The notes beneath the pieces were generated by a model. The model was not told where the DNA came from. It saw only the letters and a program-made list of their open reading frames with translations, and searched no databases. A DNA stretch of 41,549 nucleotides from a bacterium (GTDB taxonomy: Bacteria; Krumholzibacteriota; Krumholzibacteriia; G020349025): positions 1 through 41,549 of the forward strand of contig JANLSU010000019.1 of NCBI GenBank assembly GCA_031362565.1. Reading direction: 5' to 3'. Below, piece by piece: positions 36,409 through 41,549 of the stretch. The translations under genes and the position numbers were made by a program. Each line of letters starts with the position of its first letter. Position 1 is the stretch's first letter.

Positions 36409-36556
36409 GCCTGCTCCTGCCTAGTCCACTTTCGATCTCGTGAGACCCTCCGAGATGTCGAGGTTACATCGACCTACCCCTGTCCCCGCAAGAGCCTGGA
36501 TTCCATGTTCGCGGTGGCCTGGACACCCGCTGCCGCGCTGCATTACGCTTGAGCAC

Positions 36557-37771
36557 ATGAAAAATAAACTTCCCGTTCAGGGTACAGTCGTCGAGATCCA
36601 GGGCGACGAGATGACGCGAATCATCTGGGATTGGATCAAGGAAAAGCTGCTCGAACCGCATCTCAGCCTCAAGCTCGAGACCTACGACCTGGCGATCGAG
36701 AATCGCGACCGGACCGACGACCAGGTGACGGTCGACGCAGCTCATGCCATCCAGAAGCATTCGGTGGGCGTCAAGTGCGCCACCATCACTCCCGACGAAG
36801 CCCGCGTCGCGGAATTCAAGCTCAAGAAGATGTGGCCGTCGCCGAACGGCACGATTCGCAATATTCTGGGCGGCACGATCTTCCGCGAGCCCATCATCAT
36901 CAAGAACGTGCCGCGGCTCGTGACCACCTGGAACAAGCCGATCATCGTGGCGCGCCATGCACATGCCGACCAGTACAAGGCGCAGAACGTCAAGATTCCG
37001 GGACCGGGCACTTTGAAGCTGGTCTATCAGCCGACCGGCGGCGCGCCGCAAGAGTGGCTCGTGAACGAGTTCCGCGGCCCGGGCGTCGGCATGGGAATGT
37101 TCAACACCGACGAGTCGATCGTCGACTTCGCGCGGGCTTGCTTCGAGTACGCGCTGGCGCGCACCCTCCCGCTCTATCTCTCGACCAAGAACACGATCCT
37201 GAAGGCGTACGACGGACGTTTCAAGGACATCTTTCAGGAGATGTACGATCGCGACTACGCGGCGCGTTTCAAGGGTGCCGGTTTGTGGTACGAGCACCGC
37301 CTCATCGACGACCAAGTCGCGCAGGCCATGAAGAGCGAAGGCGGCTTCATCTGGGCGTGCAAGAACTACGACGGCGACGTCCAGAGCGATTCCGTGGCGC
37401 AGGGCTTTGGCTCGCTGGGACTGATGACGAGCGTGCTCTTCTGTCCGGATGGCAAGACCATCGAGGCGGAAGCAGCCCACGGCACGGTGACCAAGCACTA
37501 CCGCGAGTACCAAAAGGGCAACAAGACGTCCACGAATCCTATCGCCAGCATCTTCGCCTGGACGCGCGGCTTGAAGCATCGTGCGACGCTCGACAAATCA
37601 CCCGATGTGGCGGCGTTCGCAGAACATCTGGAGCGCGCCTGTATCGCGACGGTCGAAAGCGGCAAGATGACCAAGGATCTTGCTCTCGTCGCCAAAAGTG
37701 ACAAGTACCTGGACAGCGAAGGCTTCATCGACGCCATCGCCGGCACGCTGGACCGCCTGCGTTCGTCCTGA
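36557..37771 (+). CDS. icd: NADP-dependent isocitrate dehydrogenase (homodimeric, eukaryote-like type)
   Basis: [68 protein letters not shown]. Confidence 0.96.
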   Translation: MKNKLPVQGTVVEIQGDEMTRIIWDWIKEKLLEPHLSLKLETYDLAIENRDRTDDQVTVDAAHAIQKHSVGVKCATITPDEARVAEFKLKKMWPSPNGTIRNILGGTIFREPIIIKNVPRLVTTWNKPIIVARHAHADQYKAQNVKIPGPGTLKLVYQPTGGAPQEWLVNEFRGPGVGMGMFNTDESIVDFARACFEYALARTLPLYLSTKNTILKAYDGRFKDIFQEMYDRDYAARFKGAGLWYEHRLIDDQVAQAMKSEGGFIWACKNYDGDVQSDSVAQGFGSLGLMTSVLFCPDGKTIEAEAAHGTVTKHYREYQKGNKTSTNPIASIFAWTRGLKHRATLDKSPDVAAFAEHLERACIATVESGKMTKDLALVAKSDKYLDSEGFIDAIAGTLDRLRSS

Positions 37772-37799
37772 AGTGCCAACAGTGCCGCGTGGAGGCTCA

Positions 37800-39653
37800 A
37801 TGAGCTCGTTCCGGCGTCCGCGGACGGCGGTGCTGCGCATCGCGAGTTGCGTCGTCGCATTGTTCTGCGGCGCATTGCTGCAAGTTCGCCCCGCCGCCGG
37901 CCAGCCGGTGTGGGGTGACTACGGCGGCAATGCCCAGCACACGGCACTCTCGAGCTATGCCTCGCAATCGTTGCACCAGATCCTCTGGCAAACGCCGGTC
38001 GACCTGCACCCGCAGTACAGTGGCACGACCCTGCTCATCCACTATGGCTGTCCGCTCGTCAGCCAGGCCAACACGATCGTCGTGCCGGTGAAGACCGGCG
38101 TCAGTGACGGCTTCCGCGTTGAGACGCACCGCAATGACACCGGCGCTTTGGTCTGGCAGTTCGATACCGACTACAGTGTGCCGCCGCACAACTGGGTCCC
38201 CAGCTTCAGCCCGGCGCTGACGCCGAATGGGCGCCTCTATATGCCCGCCGCGGGCGGGACACTCCTGTACACCGATGACGTGGACGCTGCCGGTGCACCG
38301 GTGTTCACCCGCGTCGCGTTCTATGGCATCGCCAATTACAACAGCAACCCGGCAGCTTTCGCCGCCGACATCAAGATCTGCACGCCGTTGACCTCCGACG
38401 CTGAAGGCAACGTGTACTTCGGCTACCGCGCCCTGGGCTCGAACCCGCTGGCACTCCTGAGCGGCCTGGCCCGCATTGACCCGAGTGGGGCCGGCACCTT
38501 CGTGTCGGCGGTGACGGCCACCGGCAACCTCGCGCAGCAAGTGCTCATGAACTGTGCACCCGCCATCAGCAACAACGGCCAGACGGTCTATGTTGCGATG
38601 CGGCGGACGGCGAACTCGACAGGCTATTTGCTCGCGCTCGATGCGACGACTCTGAGCACGACCCACCAGACGCTGCTCGTCGATCCCAAGTCGGGATCGA
38701 ATGCACGTTTGGCGAGCGATGGTACGGCTTCGCCCATGGTGGCGCCCGACGATCGTATCTATTTTGGCGTTCTCGAATCCCCGCCGGGGTCGAATTCGGA
38801 CCGTGGCTGGCTGCTGCAGTTCGATGCGGCGCTGACGGTGTCCGGCGCCCCGGGTGCTTTCGGCTGGGATGACACGCCGTCGCTCGTGCCGGCCAGCATG
38901 GTGCAGTCGTACGTCACGGCGTCGCCTTACTTGCTCATGACGAAATACAACTTCTATGCGGGGCGTGGTGGGGATGGTGTGAACAAGCTGGCGATCGTCG
39001 ACCCCAACAGCACACAGATCGATACCTACACCGGTGCGACGGTCATGAAGGAGACCTTCACCATCGCCGGCGTCACCCCCGACCAGGACTTCTTGCCGTT
39101 CTACCCGAACGCAGTCCGGGAGTGGTGTATCAATACCGCGGTCGCCGATCCATTCCGGCGTAGCATCCTCGCCGGGAGCGAGGATGGCATTCTCTATCGC
39201 TGGGACTTGACCACCAATTCGTTCACTGAGGCGGTGACGCTGACGCCGGGCATCGGGGAGGCGTATACACCGACGCTTATCGCGCGCGATGGCACGGTGT
39301 ACGCGATCAACAATGCGACGCTCTTCGCGGTTGGGACGACGCCGACCGCCGCCCTGGAACCCGAGACCACGGGTTCAGCGCTGGCATTGGTTCTCGTACA
39401 GCCCAACCCGTTCACCGGCACGACCACCATGCGTTTCTCGCTGCGGCACGCCGAGCGCGGGCGGCTCGAGATCGTGGACGCCGGTGGACGGCGTGTCGTA
39501 GCTCTCTTGGCTGGCGATATTTCGGCTGGTGAGCACACCGTCCACTGGGCGGGGCGCGATGCGCGCGGCGGCCGCTGTGCCGCCGGCGTCTACTTCGCTC
39601 GCCTTACGGCCGGAGCGCGCACTGCAACGCGAAGAGTGGTCCTGCTGCGCTAG
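37800..39653 (+). CDS. Secreted hypothetical protein (probable beta-propeller) with FlgD-Ig/T9SS-like CTD
   Basis: GGAGG RBS; signal peptide; PQQ-like start WGDYGGNAQHT and end AYTPTLIARDGTVYAIN; CTD PNPF..IVDAGGRRV..W.GRD..G..AGVYFARL. Confidence 0.8.
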   Translation: MSSFRRPRTAVLRIASCVVALFCGALLQVRPAAGQPVWGDYGGNAQHTALSSYASQSLHQILWQTPVDLHPQYSGTTLLIHYGCPLVSQANTIVVPVKTGVSDGFRVETHRNDTGALVWQFDTDYSVPPHNWVPSFSPALTPNGRLYMPAAGGTLLYTDDVDAAGAPVFTRVAFYGIANYNSNPAAFAADIKICTPLTSDAEGNVYFGYRALGSNPLALLSGLARIDPSGAGTFVSAVTATGNLAQQVLMNCAPAISNNGQTVYVAMRRTANSTGYLLALDATTLSTTHQTLLVDPKSGSNARLASDGTASPMVAPDDRIYFGVLESPPGSNSDRGWLLQFDAALTVSGAPGAFGWDDTPSLVPASMVQSYVTASPYLLMTKYNFYAGRGGDGVNKLAIVDPNSTQIDTYTGATVMKETFTIAGVTPDQDFLPFYPNAVREWCINTAVADPFRRSILAGSEDGILYRWDLTTNSFTEAVTLTPGIGEAYTPTLIARDGTVYAINNATLFAVGTTPTAALEPETTGSALALVLVQPNPFTGTTTMRFSLRHAERGRLEIVDAGGRRVVALLAGDISAGEHTVHWAGRDARGGRCAAGVYFARLTAGARTATRRVVLLR

Positions 39654-39825
39654 AACTAGACCTGATCGACTTTATCTCAGCCGCTCAAACCTGCGCACGA
39701 TTGCAGGGGAGTTTCACCCTGCGCGCCACGAACACGCGGCACTCGGATTGGCACGCGCTGGCCCCCCAACGCCAACCTCAAGCTAGAGGTATGCCAGATT
39801 GGTCTTGATGTTCGGGGGCGACGAT

Positions 39826-40120
39826 ATGCGCGCGGCCTGAATTCTCTTCTCGGCTCTCGGTTGGATCCCGAGTCTCGCTTCGGGTGAGACGGGTGCCATC
39901 CGCCTTGTCCGAATGATATATCCCGAGCCCGGGCGTGGTAACGCCTTCGCGTCGGCAGTAGAAACAAGTTCTTTGCGCGTTGACCCCCGGGTTAGCTCCG
40001 GGCCGGATTCGTTTCAGGCCATAACGCAAACCCTGGCGTTTCTCGCAACGCCAGTATTTGGCGATGCGAATCAAAATGGGATTCCTGAGCTGAGCGGACC
40101 TCTCAGCGTGATGAAGGCGC
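39826..40120 (+). pseudogene. Possible remnant of a secreted FG-GAP-like protein (early nonsense codon, truncated)
   Basis: ATG 39826 frame reads MRAA*ILFSALGWIPSLASG.. (signal-peptide-like) then NAFASAV and GDANQNGIPEL (DxNxNG FG-GAP-like). Confidence 0.4.
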
Positions 40121-40428
40121 TTGGCATACGTAATGGCCGTGACTCGATGGCACGTCGAGGCAATCGCCATTGCCGAGTCGACATTGAAAAGTACGAGGTT
40201 CTTTCCACCCGCCACAGCGCTTGGAAATATTACGCCAGCAACTTCTCGACGAAAAAGGTCGCATGCGATTTGGGTGGGTCGGTACAAGGCGTCAGTATCA
40301 CCGGGAGCCACAGGTCGAGACATTTCCGATGCGAGATGCTCCAAGAGCGCCCCGATGTCGATCTTCCATCCGATCAGCTCGTCGAAGAATGGCGTGGCGG
40401 GGTAGCGATACCTACGCGTGAGATCTAG
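40120..40428 (-). pseudogene. RES-domain protein, C-terminal fragment cut by an IS insertion
   Basis: LDLT..MSRPV..YRPTQ..GVIFPSAV.GGKNLVLF matches RES-family motifs. The frame has no valid start and runs into IS end sequence; the 3' limit is approximate. Confidence 0.65.
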
Positions 40429-41060
40429 GTTTCTGCGCAGCAGAAACCAAGAGACAAGATCGTACCCGCGAGAGAGTTAGGTTTGACGGCTGATGGCCTA
40501 CTCTTCTGCCTGATTAAGCTGTTTTCCAAACCATCTGTGTGTTCAATCTCCTGAGATTTACTGCCAAACAAGCCAGGAAGGACTCACCAGTAACGCTTTT
40601 CAAGGTCCGTACGCTGAACTTTCTGAACCCTATCACAGCCTTTAACCAGGCGAACGGGGCTTCAGCAATGGCTTTTCGTTGTTTGTAGAGGCATTTTCCC
40701 TTTTTGGTCTTGAGCCTTCGGTTCATTTCATAGGTTAGTTTAAGATCTGGGTCCGAAATCTTGGGTTTTATTTTGCCCTCCCGCCCGAGTGAAACGAGGG
40801 CAAAGATCTCCCTGTCCGCGAGCCCCTTAAAGTTTTCTTCTGAGCGATAACCAGCGTCAGCCAGGATCTTACCTGGCTTCTGACCAGTGTTCTTCTCCAC
40901 CAAGTCCACCATCGGCAGCAAGGCATTATGATCACAGGAACTCTGCGTGACTGCTGCCGCAATAATAATATGTGCTTCCTGATCAACTGCAATTTGTTGG
41001 TTGTAGCACTGGTCGAAGCCGTCCTTGGTCTTCATGATCCGGCTTTCCGAATCGGTAAAG
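40425..41060 (-). mobile_element. IS1182-family element, 3' part
   Basis: Transposase C-terminus; visibly more AT-rich than the host; end marked by hairpin GTTTCTG-CGCAG-CAGAAAC (40429-40447) next to CTAG (40425-40428). Confidence 0.72.
40514..41059 (-). pseudogene. IS1182-family DDE transposase, C-terminal fragment interrupted by an IS3 element
   Basis: FTDSESRIMK..GF.QCYN.QIAVD, ILADAGY.SEEN, YKQRK..AEAPF..LK...GFRKF..R.L..V..E..L.CLA.NLRRL. Confidence 0.82.
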
Positions 41061-41549
41061 CGGAACGTGTCAACGAAAATGAGACAGTCTTTTTCGAATT
41101 TACAGTGCAAGCTCAGCCGGTTGTTCGTTGCCGAGTTGCACGAGCCGAGGCTTGTTGATCCACACCTCCTTCGGGGGCTGCGCGACCTTGGGTGCGCCGC
41201 GTAGGAATCGCTCCGGATGCGCCGCATGAGCTCTGTGCATCGTCAACTGGCGCGCGGCGATCTTGGCATCCGCGAGCCCGTAGTGGACGTCGTGCGGCGT
41301 CAAGAAGCCCAGCCCCGCGTGATGATGGTCGTTGTTGTACCACTGCAGCAGATCGCCGCAGGCGCTGACCGCGTGATCAAGGCTCGAGCATCGATCCGGA
41401 AATTCGGGCCGATACTTCAGCGTCTTGAATTGCGCCTCCGAGTACGGGTTGTCATTCGAGACGTACGGCCGCGAGTGCGATTCCACGACGCCCATGTCGG
41501 CCAGAAACTGCACGAAGAGCTTCGCACGCATCGGCGAGCCGTTGTCCAT
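41061..41549 (-). mobile_element. IS3-family element, 3' part (runs off the window)
   Basis: Integrase-core transposase followed by the terminal sequence TGTCTCATTTTCGTTGACACGTTCCG; exact end lies between 41061 and 41068. Confidence 0.8.
41100..41549 (-). CDS. IS3-family transposase, C-terminal part (5' truncated by the window)
   Basis: DNGSPM..SHSRPYVSNDNPYSEAQFKTLKY..WYN..H.H.GLG..TP (rve-type DDE core). Confidence 0.9.
   Translation of the reverse strand: MDNGSPMRAKLFVQFLADMGVVESHSRPYVSNDNPYSEAQFKTLKYRPEFPDRCSSLDHAVSACGDLLQWYNNDHHHAGLGFLTPHDVHYGLADAKIAARQLTMHRAHAAHPERFLRGAPKVAQPPKEVWINKPRLVQLGNEQPAELAL

Overview
GC-rich bacterial DNA, with an insertion sequence at each end (IS110-like 3' end on the left, nested IS1182/IS3 on the right), so it may be a whole contig. 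Four secreted proteins carry FlgD-Ig/T9SS-like C-terminal sorting domains, which hints at an FCB-superphylum organism such as Eisenbacteria, Krumholzibacteria or Latescibacterota (inference). The centrepiece is a ~13.5 kb divergent two-arm cluster (6647-20164). It holds four ATP-grasp ligases, a GCS2-type carboxylate-amine ligase fused to CBS domains, two alpha/beta-hydrolase esterases (one with a CBM48/E-set-like N-terminal domain), an S51 cyanophycinase/PepE-like peptidase and an AstE/AspA deacylase, and it is translationally coupled to glycogen branching enzyme glgB. It looks like an uncharacterised build-and-break system for a peptide or acyl modification or storage polymer linked to alpha-glucan. 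Other genes: pheA, acyl-CoA dehydrogenase, PAP2, M28 and other Zn peptidases, two tandem FG-GAP proteins, a multidomain PLD-family secreted enzyme, a ROK kinase, ArsC/Spx, a TPR protein and NADP-IDH. Several remnants are missed by the ORF track: an internally deleted higA antitoxin, an IS-disrupted RES gene and a nonsense-mutated secreted gene. I saw no rRNA, tRNA or CRISPR array. All calls rest on motif recognition by eye; no database searches were run.
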